A DNA stretch of 64,000 nt from Lama guanicoe (lineage: Eukaryota). The stretch is taken from the NCBI GenBank assembly GCA_013239625.1, contig MU053873.1, forward strand, positions 2,308,524 through 2,372,523. The letters run 5' to 3'. The position numbers and the translations under genes are program-made. Under the pieces are notes generated by a model. The model searched no databases and had not been told where the DNA came from. It was given only the letters and a program-made list of their open reading frames with translations. This document shows, one piece after another, positions 12,801 to 25,680 of this stretch. Within the stretch, counting starts at the first letter, position 1; each line of letters starts with the position of its first letter.

Positions 12801-13659
12801 CTTTGTTCAGTGCTGGGGGCTAATGACAGTCCCAATCTGATGGGATAATGAGGGAAGCTAAGGAGGGTTTGACCCCCAGCCTGGGTCCTGGGTGATGCTT
12901 GGAGTAGGGAGGGCTGGGTGGCTTTTGGAGATGGGAGACTGGATCCCAAGGAGACAGCTGCTCCCCTCCACCACTCGTCTTTCACTAACTCACTCCAAGG
13001 CATGAGGTGTCTACCATCTTCCCCTCCACACACTCCCCACCCTCTCCTCTCTGTGCCCAAGGAGGCTGAGCAGCATCCAGGCGCTCTCTTCCTGTGTCCT
13101 CCTTGCTCCCGGGTTGGTCCAGCTGATGGGAGGTGTTACAGGAGACGGGAGGGAGGAGGAGAGTGGAGACAGAGTATTAACTCCCTGGCTTCTGTGCTGG
13201 GCTGCAGGTTGGCTGTCCCTCCATCAAAGGTCACAGCCCCGGCCGAGCAGCCTTCTCTGACAGCCACTCTTCCTGACTCTCTGCAGCAGCCCCCTGGCTT
13301 TGGCCCCCTGGTCTAGAGATGGAAACAGCTCCCGCTCTTGCCAGCCCCAAGGTGACTCATCACCCTCTGTTGTTATTTTTGCCTTTCCTCCATCATCACA
13401 GCCCCTCTGAATGAGCCATCTATTCTCTGCTGGCACCCTGAACGGTACCCACCCCTCCCTCCTTCACTTGTCCATTTTCTCAGAAGCAAAATCACTCACT
13501 TGTTCAGAGATGATCACAAGGATTAAGCAATAAGCTACTTGTACAAAGTGCTTAGTACAACGCCTGGCATAGCCTAAGAGTTCAATGAATGTTGGGGATG
13601 GTTATGTATGGGGAGAGGTACCAAGCTAATTAAAGTGTCCCTTAAATTAATTCCATGAA

Positions 13660-13900
13660 ATAAGATGCTTTTTGATAAAAGGACTCCTTGGTAATCAATG
13701 TCTAGGAGGCCAGCAGGAGTAATGCATATTATGCATCACTGTATATGGAGGATAATATGCATTACTGTATATGGAGGATAATAATATGCATTATTATAAA
13801 AAAGGCTCTGAGAACTCCTGCAGTAAAGAAAAGCTCAGATTTCATGTAAATTCAAATACCCCTAGCATATATAATCTCGCATATATATTTCCCATTTTAC
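13660..13900 (-). mobile_element. MER103C-like MITE carrying an internal 26-bp tandem duplication
   Basis: aaggctctgagaactcctgcagtaaagaaa is the reverse complement of the MER103C core. The unit atgcatYactgtatatggaggataat occurs twice at 13731-13782. Confidence 0.7.
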
Positions 13901-14729
13901 TCTTGAGGAAACTGAGAGCAAGAGATGGTGTCCAGTAGTTCACTGAAACTGGCTTCTGAATTGAGTCTGTGTATGTGTGTGTTGGGGGTGGAGGGTAGTC
14001 TGAGACTTTGTGGAAAGAACCTGTATTGCAAGCAGGTTGCATCCCTGCCTCATGGCTTAAGAGAAGCTTCTTTTCCTCTGAGAACCTCAGTTTTCTCATC
14101 AGCAAAATGGGAAGAGAATTTCCCACCACACCCGACTAGAAGAAGGTTCTGTACGATAAGCTAGTTGAACGCCAAGCACGTAAACAGACTTCTCCGTGAC
14201 ACTTGTCCAAGGTTCTGCAAGAGGGGTCCCTAAGGCTATGCTTCATAGAAGAGAACTACTTCCTTCCTTCTTAATCAGGTCTCCTTGATTTACTTAAAAT
14301 TCCACTTAGGGAGTATTTAGATTAGTATGCAAAAATAGATGCACAAATATGTTCCTTTTAGAGTTACTTGTATTAGCAAAAAATCAGGAATAACCTAAAT
14401 GCCCAACAAAAGGGGACTGAGTAAGTGAAGAATGGGGCTTCCCTGCAACAGAATGCTTTGTTGCCAGCTGAGATCAGGAAGATCTTTGGAATTCCTCCTT
14501 TTCAAAAACCCCAGAATCCTTCCTTTTCCTGAAACAAATGTTATATATGAAATTCTGCTACACTGACTAGATTTTTAAAAATAGTTACCATAGTTCTTGG
14601 GAGCTAGAGAAACAAGGGTCCTGCCTTCTCAGCCCTTCCCCACTCTTAGGTCCCAGCATCCAGATCTCTGGGTTGTGAAGGAGCAATACAAAGATAAAAT
14701 TATATTGGCACAGATGGTATCCAGTATCT

Positions 14730-14900
14730 TCTAAGTGTTTCGTGTGGGTCATGCATCGTGCATTATATCCTTTGATTTTGACAGCAAGCCCACCATGAGA
14801 TGAGTGCTTTTTTTAATCAACCCATTTTACAGATTGGAAGCTAAAGCCTCATGATCAAGATCCCACAGGTAGAAAAGGGCAGAACCAGGATTTAACCTAC
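14730..14900 (-). mobile_element. MIR SINE
   Basis: cccattttacagattggaagctaaagc...ggcagaaccaggatttaacc. Confidence 0.75.
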
Positions 14901-14964
14901 TAGGAAGGCATTAAGCAGAAAAGGCAGATAATAAAAAAGTTTGACAATATCCTGTTTGTGATCA

Positions 14965-15075
14965 CATATGTACTATGGTTATGTAAATGTCATGACTGGG
15001 AGAAGGGTACACAGGAACTCTCTGTAAGGCTCCTGCCACATCTTGTGAGTCTAAAGTTATTTCCAAAATTAAATT
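14965..15075 (+). mobile_element. L1MC/L1MD 3' terminal fragment
   Basis: gaagggtacacaggaactctctgta...cttgtgagtctaaagttatttccaaaattaaa. Confidence 0.75.
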
Positions 15076-16109
15076 AGATTAAATTGAAATTAGTATGTAG
15101 AAGCGGTCCCACTTTGGTGTGCACAGTGTTCATAAACCACATTAAAGATATCCACATAACAAAATGTTAACTAAACCCATCTTCACCTCTAGGTGAGAAT
15201 TTGTAGGTGATTTCTTCTTTTATTTTTACTATTATCTTAATTTTTTCTACAATGACGGGGAACGATGATTTGTGTAATCTTTTTAAAAAGTCTAAAAACA
15301 TTATTATCCTTTACCAGAGATCTCCCTGCCCAAAGCCCGGGTCCTGCTTCCATCATCCCGGTGGCAAGGGCGGTCCCAGGTGTACTGGTTCTCCCCAGAC
15401 CCTCTCTTTGGAGCTTCAGAAAGACATGCCACATCAGGGTTTGTCAATCTGCCATGTCCACCTGCCACCGCAGAGATCCCCATTTTCTAACTTCTCTTTC
15501 CAGAAGACACGGTAAAACCCCCAGACCGTGCGGGGGCTGGCAAGCACTTACAAATTACCGCAGCAGAATGGACTGCCTTGACAAAATGTAATGTTTTGTG
15601 ACAGAGCCCAAATATGCATTTCATTCTTGAGAAGCAGCTCAAGGAACCCATTGGAAATATTAAATTAAGCAGCGTAACAGCTGAGAATAATTGGGTTTTC
15701 TGCCCTGTTGCCTGCGATTTTGTGTAGCGTTTGAGGCGGCCGGGGAGTTCTGTTCGACTAGGGGATGGCGAGAGACTGGGATCTCTGTGGGGCATGGCAG
15801 TGGCTTCTGGCAGCTTTCTCAAACTTGTAGGATGGATGTGGTCCAACCCCATGTTGAGATGGGAGAGGCCCCTGGCACCATCCTTTGGAATCCTAGAATC
15901 GGAACGTCTCAGCCAAGAGTGATGCCTCCCCGCTCCCATTCGATGGATGGGGAAACTGAGTCCTAAAGAGACATCTTAGCAAGTTAGTGGCAGAGCTGAG
16001 ATTTAAACAGCAGACACTGACAAACGGTTTCCACTATACTGTCCCTCTTTATTATGGCCCTGAAACCACAGAGCTCTGAGCCATTCTGCTTCTAAGGTGA
16101 CCCAGAGAT

Positions 16110-16475
16110 CACTGACTCTGGGGTCAGATAAAGCCAAGGGCAGATGGCAGTCCTGCCTCCCCTCCCTGGGAGACCTCTGGAAATTCTCACAGCTCTAAGC
16201 TCAGTTTCCCCCCCCCAAAATGGGGTTCAGCATGCTTACATTACAAAGGAGGCAGTGAGAATTTTTTAACAGGGCTGACAAGCACACGATTCACCAGGGG
16301 TCTTGTCAAAATGAAGATTCTGATTCAACAGGTCTCAAGTAGAAACTGCATTTCTAACCGGCTTCACAGAGATCTCCCTGCCGCTGGGATCAACCTGTGA
16401 AGAGCAAGCATTTGTAGCACGTGTGGATTACTCAGCCAGGGCTTGGTATACAGTAGGCACTCTGTCGATGTTCTT
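16110..16475 (+). mobile_element. MIR interrupted by a MER5A-type MITE (about 16270-16410)
   Basis: MIR head and core (ctcagtttcc...aaaatgggg) and MIR tail (gcttggtatacagtaggcactc) flank tcaccaggggtcttgtcaaaatgaagattctgattcaacaggtct...ctgcatttctaacc. Confidence 0.7.
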
Positions 16476-16989
16476 TTCTCTCTGTTCCCTCGTGATTCCT
16501 TCCAGGACCCCCCCTGATCCATGTTTCTGAAAACTCAACTGGAAAGAAGATGTAGTCAAGGAGGGGGTGTCCTGGCGGCGAGTCTGACCGGTCCTTCGGG
16601 AGGCGTAAACACCAGCTCAGCCTGTGTGCTCCCGCTCCCCACCCGAACTGACCAGGCCAGCTTAGTGGAGGGGGTGAGTCACGGCCCACGAGCCCTGAGG
16701 GACTCAACAGCTGTCAACTCCCGTCTGCACACCACCCAGCTCTGCAGGGGAAATAGTTCTGTGTTTGCACATTTTCCGGCAATGGGTCCAGGAACGTCTG
16801 CTCAGTTACCCTCAGCACACACTGCCCCACCACGGCACCACCTCCCTGACACTGGGGGTTTCTCTTTTATATCCAACCTCGAGAATATATTTTTGGGCCC
16901 CAGAAATCAGCCTCCATCTCCAAGTACCCTGACCCCCGAGATTCTCTCTCCTCTCTCAGAGCTGATAATATCAAAAGGAAGCTGACATT

Positions 16990-17620
16990 GCCATTTGCCT
17001 GCTGTGTGATCTCAAGCAAAGCACTTCCCCTCTCTGAGCCTCAGTTTCCTCATCTGTGAAGTACCTGGAAGTCTTTAGCTATGGAGTGTGGAGTTTAAGG
17101 ATGTGGAGTCTGGAGTTACCATCCAGATTCAATCCCAGCTCCAGCACTAGGTGAATTAGCTCTCTGAACCTCAATCTCTGTATCTATACCTCACAGACCA
17201 GTTCTGAGGATTCAACACAATAATAGCTTATATTGTCTTTAGCTCAGGGCTGGGCACACAGGAAGGCTCAGCAAATGCAATTCTCATCTGCAAATGTAAA
17301 GAAAATTCATCTCCTTCAACTGGTATACTAATAGACTTTGATAACAATTAGAATCTACCCCAAATTCCTCTTTCGATATAAGCAGCAATTTTCATGGTTT
17401 CATGTAGGATGATGATGATGATATTAACCCTCTCAAAGTTCTTGGACACTTACTATATGCCAGGCACTATTCTAAATTCCTTACCTGTGTTACTACATAC
17501 AATCCTCACAACAACTCTGGAAGATTGATTATAGTAGATAACATATTCTTCCCTATTTTACTACTGAGGAAACTGAGGCATAAGAAACTTAAAGAACTTG
17601 CCAAAGGTCACATAGCCAGT
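16990..17620. mobile_element. MIR cluster (two + copies, one - copy)
   Basis: ctctgagcctcagtttcctcatctgt at 17033; ggagtctggagtt...aatcccagctccagcact at 17105; acttactatatgccaggcactattctaa...gaggaaactgaggcat...aaggtcacatagc at 17448-17617. Confidence 0.8.
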
Positions 17621-17970
17621 GTACGAGTCAGTTATGGCCACAATAATGCTGTGTAACAAACAACCACAGACATCTCAGTGGCAAATAACAAGTGTTGATT
17701 TCTCACTCGTGCATCTAAGGGTTGCTTGGGGTGATCTAGGCTGCCGTTGACTGGGCTTAGCTCTGGGTCTGCTCCACATGGCCCCCCATCCTCCTTGAGC
17801 CAGCAACTACTCATGGCAAAAGGCAAGAGTATGCGTGTGCTAATATCCCAGGAGTGGAACAAATCACATGGTCAAGTCTGGTTGGAGAAATGCCGTTCCC
17901 CGCCACGAAGCCCTGGCAAAGATGTGAACATATCACTACAGTAAAGACTAGAATTGAAATGCAGTCCTTT
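17621..17970 (-). mobile_element. MLT1 (MaLR) solo LTR, MLT1I/J-like
   Basis: tgtacgagtcagttatggccacaataatgctgtgtaacaaacaaccac...tctcagtggc...gggtctgctccacatg. Confidence 0.8.
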
Positions 17971-18532
17971 CTAAGGCCCTGCTCTTGGCACAGCTGCCCT
18001 CAGACTGTCCTTGATATATGTTATCCACTATTCATTCATTCATTCCTCACTGAATACTCACTCTTACAAGCTCAGTATCAGGTGCACGCACACCCCCTGC
18101 GTAGGTACACTGTTTGCCTTCCCCTTATGATTTCTTGTTTCCCAACTCTGTGATTTTTCTCCCTCTTCATTTTATTATATATTCATTTATTTATTATTTG
18201 TTTGTTTTCAAACCCCAAAGCCTTACAATTTAGCAGATGTGCCTGCAGACTCCCCCAGACACGGTTGTGTGTGACATTGACAGAAATAGTTTATGATCAA
18301 TTCCAAGGGCCCCACTGATCTTTTTTTAATAAGGTGCTGCTGTGGTTCTACAGCAAAGTATGCCATTGTGATTTCACAAAGTACTAGCTGTGAAATCTCG
18401 AGCCCCTGCCCCGCCTCCCTTCCTCCTGACTTGAAACAACCGTGCCTCCTTTGGGGAACGTCTATTAATGCCTCCGAATCCCTGGTGGGGCTGTTGTAGC
18501 ATAAAGCATTCTGTCTCTGTGGGGTCTGCTGG

Positions 18533-18662
18533 GAGTGGTTTTTCTCTAGGTGTTGTCCAAGGGCCACCAGGATCAGAATCTCTGGGCTGGGGCCCAGGAA
18601 TCTGCATTTCCACAGGTGCCTTAGGCGATTTTTATGTCTGCAGAAGTACAGAGATCTCCATC
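18533..18662. mobile_element. MER5-type hAT-Charlie MITE
   Basis: atcagaatctctgggctggggcccaggaatctgcatttccacagg. Confidence 0.8.
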
Positions 18663-20179
18663 ATCTGAAGGAAAGGAGGTTTTGAAAAAGGAGGGAAATC
18701 ATTGTCCAACTCCTATGTACTCATTCATTTCAGTTAATTAGCTTCAGGTTTTGAAAATGCACTTTTGGGCATGTGGCATCTGGATTCTGTCCTGTGTAGA
18801 CTGGCACGGTAACTAACCTAAGAGGGTTTTATAATGTATCTCATTCTTTCTTCACCTCCACTTGACAAACCAGGAAACATCCCCTTCCCAAATTACATAA
18901 TTTCCCAAACATGCCATTCTTCTTGCCTTTCTGCTCATTAACCTCTTTTCCTGGAATGTCTTTCTCTGTCTCCAATAGGTTTGCCTACAACCAAACTCCT
19001 ATGTATGCCTCAAAACCCAACATGAAACACATTGCCTCCTCCTACCTCAATTAATCACTCTCTCCTTTGTGCTTCTATGGTTGAAGCATTCCACATAGAA
19101 ACAATAATCTGGGCTCCCAGTTATTTAACCCCAGTATAATCCTGGCACTATATTTTACACTTGAGATACCAGAGTATTTACAGATAAATGAAAGCACACT
19201 CCACTCATCTGTTTCCATGTATTCTCCCTCGTGCCCCTCCAGGGCAGGTTCTAAGCCTAATTTCCTGAGGCAGAGTAGGCGCTCAAGTCACACTGAAGTC
19301 ACTAAAATTCACATGTACATCTCACCAGCTTGGATCTACCAGGAAAAAGAGGCCAGGTGACTTTAAGAAAGGGGCTGCTCTGACTTGTTGGAGAAAGGGC
19401 CTGGGCAAGGCAGAGCAAGCCCTCTGATTGACAGCCACCCCCATCTTCCTCCAAGCCCCAGCATGAGCAGAGCTGCGGCCTCAGAAAGGGCCTTAATTTT
19501 GGGAAGGGCCTCCTAACCATGAACCCTTGGTGCAAGTCAAACCCCTACTTAGTGCCAACAGAAATACCAGTCACAGACAGAGCTTCAGGCTTCCCAGAAT
19601 GAGGGCAGTTCCCCTTCCTGGAACCATCAGAACCCATGTGCCACTTATTTATAGACCCAAAGGACCATGGGCTGGAAGGCACATTCACACCAGCCATCTC
19701 TTCTTGGCAAGAGTGTGATATCTGTGTAGTCTGATACTTCACGTAAGTTTCTGGGTCTTTCGGAAAATCAACTGTATCGTTTACACTTAATTAAGAAACT
19801 GACCTCAGTTCATGCACATGCCTAGATGCTTCTGGTTTTAGCATCAGCAGATCCAACTTCGAATCATGGCTCTGCTGCTTAATGGCTGTGTGACTTTGGG
19901 GAATTCACCTAACCTCTCTGAACCTCAGGTTCCTTACCATAAAATAGGAATACTAAAACCTGTCACATGTGGTTGTTGTGTGTCTCAGTGGAGGGCACCC
20001 TTCTGACAGTTTTGTCCTCATTTCTCTTCTAATTACTAACATGTTTACTTGTTTTCTGATCACATCTTGTTATTGCCATGATTTTCCTGGTTTGGGGATT
20101 CCTGCTCTATTAAGCTTTCTAAATCCCATCTCTGACTATGAAAACTCCCTCTAAGCTTTTGCTCTTTCTTGGCTTTATG

Positions 20180-20470
20180 TATTTTCTCAAGTGAGATCTC
20201 TCCGCTAAAATTCATTTCCCTGCCAATCTCCAATTTGATGCATCAGCCCGATCATGCTATATTATGTTTGGCAACATAATGTGATGTGACTCTGGCTGCC
20301 GATGACGGATGGGGTACCCGTCAGCAAATGGAACAGCACCCAATTTTCTAAAGAGCATTGTTACAGAAACAAACAGGATGGCCTTTTAACTTGTATTGAT
20401 TTATTTCTGAAGAATGAGCCCCTCTCTTACTTTTACAAGTGCTGTAATTAGAGGGTAGAATTACCTTTCC
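20180..20470. promoter_or_regulatory. Candidate conserved non-coding element with clustered palindromes
   Basis: Repeat-free. Palindromes at 20236-20245, 20261-20280 and 20303-20323; PBX-HOX-type TGATTTAT at 20397-20404. Confidence 0.45.
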
Positions 20471-20609
20471 GGGGCGAGGGCTCAGCAAGCTTAACAGCAA
20501 GGGGGCTGGGGGAGGGTGCAGAGAAAGGGTGGGGTGCAGACAGCAGCCCCTGACACTCCAGCACGCCAGATTTAGTGCAGGACGCACAGAGGTTGAAGAC
20601 ATCAAAAAT

Positions 20610-20920
20610 TCCTTCCTTCTTTGCTCTTCTTTTCTTCCTGCTATCCATCCATCTATCCAACCATTCATCCATCCATAAAGTCACCAATCCATCATCTTTC
20701 CTTTTTTTCTTCTTTTTTCCCATCCTTCTACTTATCCATCCATCCATTCATCCATCCACCTCTTTCTTCCTTCATTCTTTCCTCTTTACTTCCTGCTCTC
20801 TATCCCCTGATCCATCCACACATTTATCCATCCATATAGCCATTTATCCGTCCTGCCTGCCTGCCCTTCTCCTTCCTTCGGTCCCTCCCCCTTTCCTTCT
20901 CTTTTCCATTCAACATTTCT
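20610..20920. repeat. Degenerate (TCCA)n/(TTCC)n tract, probably derived from an L2 tail
   Basis: atccatccatctatcc arrays ending in cattcaacatttctgag. Confidence 0.8.
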
Positions 20921-21989
20921 GAGGACTGTGCTTGGTGTGATGTAGAAGAGTGATTCAGAAAGATCTGGGTTCTAAGCCTAGCCTTGCTGTGTGACCTTGG
21001 AGAAATCAGTTCACCTCTCTGATACTAGACTTCCTCCCCTCTCCTACCACCCTCCCCTTGCTCATTCCCCCTCAGCTACCCTGGAACATTGGTCTTTTCC
21101 TCATAGTCTGGCACCCTCCTGCTTAGGGGTATTTGCATTCATTCCCCCCCTACCTAAAACCCTCCTCCTCCAGATAGCCTTGGGCTTCCCTCCCTCCCTC
21201 CTTCCCTGGCCACCCTCTCCAAAACAGCAATTCCTGTCCCTCTCCACCCCACAAACTCAGCTTCATTTTTATTCTTTGCTGGTAGCACCATCTGGCATAT
21301 TCTGCATATTATTTACTTAAAGAATACCTACTGTTTAATGTCTGTTCAGCAAGACAGGGACAAGGGAGGGACAAGGGAGGGACAATTGGAGGGTGATTAT
21401 CATGGTCACTGCTGTGAACAGGGGCTCAGAATTGTTTGCCCGAGAAGCAGAGTCCAGCTCTAGTGCCCCACTGCTGAAGGTTGACCGCAGAGTCATGACT
21501 GCCCCATGGGTCAGCACTGCTGCCCCAGGCAGAAAGCAGACAGCCTCACCACTGTGCCTGGCGGGGATGCCGTGGCCCAAGTCAAAGTTGCCTGGAACTG
21601 TCCAGCGCACCTGGGCTCCCATCTGAGGATGATTCTGTGGGTGCTTCCTTCCGAAGGCTCTGAATTTGTGGGGAAAGAGGGCTTCCCGGAATCCCAGTCT
21701 CAGCTTTGTCCCTCACACACCATGACCTTGGGCGAGTTGCTCGCTGGCTCGGGGCCTCAATTTCCCCGTCGATAAAATGACCAGTTTGGACCAGATCATG
21801 GTCTCCTACCTTTTCAAGCCCAAAAAGCCCTCGTTTTGAAAAATCACTAAACCAATTGTACGGTCTCAGTGTTGGAAAGATTTTTTTAAAAAAGAAACAA
21901 AACAAAACAAAACAAAACAACAGAAAACAATGAAACAGAAAAGGAGAAAAAGAGCTCAAGGAAAAACTCCCCCTTTTCCTCTCTTGTCA

Positions 21990-22110
21990 CCACCCTTCCA
22001 CCAGAATGTAAGCTCCACGGATGCAGGGATTTCTGTCTCTTTCAGTCACTGTCATATTCCCAGCACCTACCCTAGTGCCTGGCTCATAATAGGTGCCCAG
22101 TAAACACTGG
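21990..22110 (+). mobile_element. L2 3' terminus
   Basis: ccagaatgtaagctccacggatgcagggatttctgtctc...cccagcaccta...gtgcctggctcataataggtgcccagtaaa. Confidence 0.85.
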
Positions 22111-23509
22111 TGGTAGGAACAAACAGATAATGATCACGGAAGCTTAATTACCCTCTATTGGATGCCAACCGTGAGCCGGACCCTGTGTAGGGCAGGGAGA
22201 TTCAGGGATGAGCAGGACAGGCAGGGCCCTGCCCTTGTGGGACTCGCAGCATCCTTGAGGCTGCTGTGGGATGATGGAATCCCACCAACAAACATTAGCA
22301 TAAAAGCTACACACACAAAACGAAATACAAAGGGATGCGAGTTGAAAAACATGGAGATGAGACAGAGGCAAAAACAAGTGGAGGACGAGGCCGAATCCCT
22401 GCAGGTCCCTAACCAGATGTACAGCCCAGCGGTGTCCCATTCTCACCATGAACACGGAGGCAGGGGCGGCAAAAGCAGAAGCTGGGGTCACCCGGGGCAC
22501 GGACACCAGGAAAGGGCACAGACACTTGCCTGAAGTCAGGAGGATGCTGGTGGACAGGTCAGGGCCAACTGGGACCAAAAGAGCAGGAGGCCCCCGCCTG
22601 AGCGGGGTGTGCATGGGGGTCCCGGGTAGAGCAGCAGCTGCAGGCAGTCCAGTCCAGCAGTTTGGTACGTGAGCTTTGGAGTCAGACAGCCCTGTGTCTG
22701 CATCCTGGCTCAGCTCCACCATGTCCCGATGTGACCTTCAGCACGCTGCTGGGCCTCTCTGAACCTCGCTCTTCTCCTCGGAAGAATGGGCGTCCTTGCC
22801 TCTCCCTGCTGGCTGCTGGGGGGTGGGCGCTCCGATGAGCCTTCCCAACAGGAAGGTTAGATGCTACTGCTCATTCATGTTGGTAACTACGGGCTAGAGA
22901 TGCAGGCAGGGTGCCAGCACTGCTGAGAAGGCCAAATTCTCAGGTCAGGGCTTGGCCAGGCTGGGGTTTCTCTCTGACGGCCTGCAGGCCGCCGCTGTGG
23001 GCATCTCTTCCTTTATTTCAAAGCACAGCCCTCTCTGGGGGACAGTACCCTGTTACCATGAACACTCAGCCGGGCCCACAACAGGGCCAGCTGACCCCAG
23101 AGAGCAAACAGCCCTACACAGTGACAGAGCAGGAGGCCGACAGTCCCATGGAGTCCTGTGAAATGACCGACTCACACAGTGCCACATTAGGGTCCCCAGG
23201 GAGCGCACAAGCACATCACAGAGGCTTGCTGTATAGACAGGTTGTGCAAAATGAAAACCTCTCAGCAAAGCAGAACTTAATCTCTGCTCAGAAGCTGACC
23301 TCCAGCCTGGGCAGAACTGTTTGATTCCCCATTGCGGTGGCCTGGAAGGGAAGACGTCTGGACCCTGAGAGGCTGGAGGAGGGATGAGGGCTGGGGAAGC
23401 AAGTCTGGAAGAGAGGCGACTCCATCACGCCCTTGGCCTTCTCTCGAAGGATGGGTTTGAACGGTTTTCACACCCAGGAGCAGGAGATACAAATTGCAAA
23501 AAGCCAGGA

Positions 23510-23932
23510 CAGGATCCCCCCACTATCCCAAAGGAGAGTGTTCCTCTGAAACCTTCCATAAGTCGAAACGGGGTAAAGTGAAGAGGTGATTACCTCAGGG
23601 CACATCTTGCTCATGGCTGCACAAAATACGTGGAGGTAAGGGACAGGTGCTCAGGGACACAGTTCAAAGCTGTGGCGGCCGGACACTGAGATGCCGAGTG
23701 TGGATCCCAGGGAGGGAGCTCGCAGGTGCCCCTTGTCCTGCCCGGGACTCCCTGCCTCTATAACATCTTGGTGCAAAACAAGTGCTGAACACGATTTTTG
23801 CCTTTCATCTTTTTTCGTAAAAACAAAACCCCTCTTTGGATTTCTTTGCATTAGCGAGAACAGGTACATATGTGGGTGTTTCGTGAAAGGGAAGTGGCAC
23901 AAAATGAGATTTCCAGAAGTTGGGGATACCTG
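23510..23932. mobile_element. Tigger-like (TcMar) MITE of about 420 bp, family name uncertain
   Basis: Imperfect terminal inverted repeats CAGGATCCCCCCACT... and ...AGTTGGGGATACCTG, followed by TA at 23933-23934. Confidence 0.75.
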
Positions 23933-24240
23933 TACAAATCGAAATGGGTTCAAATCTTAGCTGGCTACTTGCAACTTCCCATCTCCAGCAGGGACCACAG
24001 CAGTCCAGTTCACAGGGCTGGTGGCGGGACCGACAGGACCTCCTTGTACGGCTCTGTGAATGGCGGTTTTGGTTATCACTATCCCCGAAGGCGCTCACTG
24101 ACTGTGACACAGATGCCACCTCCTCATCCAGAACTCCCACCCTTGAAGGGCACTGTCCCTGCGCCCAGTGTGATTCAAAGCAGGACAAGATGGGCCATAT
24201 CTTTTCCATGGGGTGACGTGACCCGCCCTCCATCACCAGC

Positions 24241-24620
24241 TGTATCAGTCTGCTGGTGCTGCTGTAACAAAATTCTACAGGCTGCGTGGCTTAAACAGCA
24301 GAAATGTATTTCCTCGCGGTTCTAGAGGCTGCAAGCCCGGCATCCTCTTGCCAGCAGGGCTGGTTCCTCCCGAGGCCTCTCTCCCGGGCTTGCAGGCGGC
24401 CTTGCCTGTGTGTGAACCCCAGCTGTCTGTCTGTGTGTCCAAATTTCTTTTTCATTTAAGGACATCCATCAGATTGGGTTAGGCCCCACCCTAACTGCCT
24501 TGTTTTCACGTAACCACCACGTTAAAGGCCCCATCTCCAGATAGTCACATTCTGAGCTTATGGGGGTTAGGACTTCAACATATGAATTTTGAGAGCCGAG
24601 GAGGCACTCAGTACATACAC
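24241..24620 (-). mobile_element. Full-length MLT1A/B (MaLR) solo LTR with 5-bp target-site duplication
   Basis: tgtatcagtctgctggtgctgctgtaacaaaa...ggcttaaacagcagaaatgtattt...gggggttaggacttcaacatatgaatttt; CCAGC at 24236-24240 and 24621-24625. Confidence 0.9.
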
Positions 24621-25199
24621 CCAGCACGTAAGCGGTGAAGTGAAGAAGGTGCCTTAGACGGGGCCCTTTTCCTTCCAGTTCCACTCCTCACCCCAAGCCC
24701 TTTGCAAATCCTGTTCCAAAGCACTCAAGCCTTCGCTTGCCCAAAACTTCAAGATTTGCTATCCAGAGTGGAACTGACTTTCAGCATCTTTCAGGCTTCG
24801 GAGTTGCAGGCAGTAACTTGCTTCAGCCCCTGCATGGACCCGCCAGCCAGAAACCTAAGTCCTTTCATCTCACACACAGAAGGGGTTTGCGCTCTGGAGA
24901 AGTCTTCAGCAGCAGCGTGGTGCACACACAGGCTCCTTCAGGCTGTTGTTTTGTTTTGGTTATTTATTTTTCCTTCGTTTCAGAGCCATCTTCCTTCAGA
25001 CCGCAAGGGCTCCGGTCTGCTTGTGGCCTAGCTGCTGGGGTTTGCAAGCCAAGGAGACATTGTCACTCTCCCCCCCAACCCCGTCACTTCCTCATCCTCT
25101 TTCTTTTCCCCTCTCTCCCTTTCTCTTCTTTTTTACGGAAGAGCCCCCCGGAATCACAAATATGTCGGGGGTAGGACGACGTCTTCAGCTAAGGGGGGA

Positions 25200-25680
25200 C
25201 TAGTGGGGTCATCTTTTATTAAGGAGAAAGCTATTGAAGTGACGTGCTTGAACATATTGCTATTAGAGACGTGAAAAGTATTTCCCTCATTAGTGTAAAA
25301 GGGAAGAAGGGAGCTAGCAATCTTGTTGATCAGCAGTGGCAATTTATTTTAAACTGTCCATTTTCTGGGTGTCAGAGGACGACTTTTATGTATAATCTTA
25401 TTTCCAATTTCAACAAAGAACACTTCACTCATGTGCTGCGCGGATTTTTTTCTTCATAGACAATAACCGATTATAAAAGCGGTTCTCAGCCACCCCCCCA
25501 CCCCATCTCGTAGTGGTGTTGACATATGGAAATGAATCAAAATGTAATACGCATAATTACAAGCATTGTAAGCAGGGTACAATTAGTGTCTCTTCAAACC
25601 AATGTTGTAATCAAAAGACACCACTAAAACAGTCCAAAAAGTGAGAAGAGTATCTGTGGAATTAGACACGGATTGAAAGG
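25200..25680. promoter_or_regulatory. Candidate conserved non-coding enhancer
   Basis: About 480 bp without recognisable repeats, AT-rich yet with retained CpGs. Many TAAT/TTTAT cores plus SOX-like CATTGT/ACAAT and TCF-like ATCAAAAG motifs. Confidence 0.5.

Noticed and set aside
22144..22722. Longest ORF (192 aa, - strand)
   Set aside because: It overlaps MIR and L2 remnants and has no recognisable domain; a chance ORF in GC-rich DNA.
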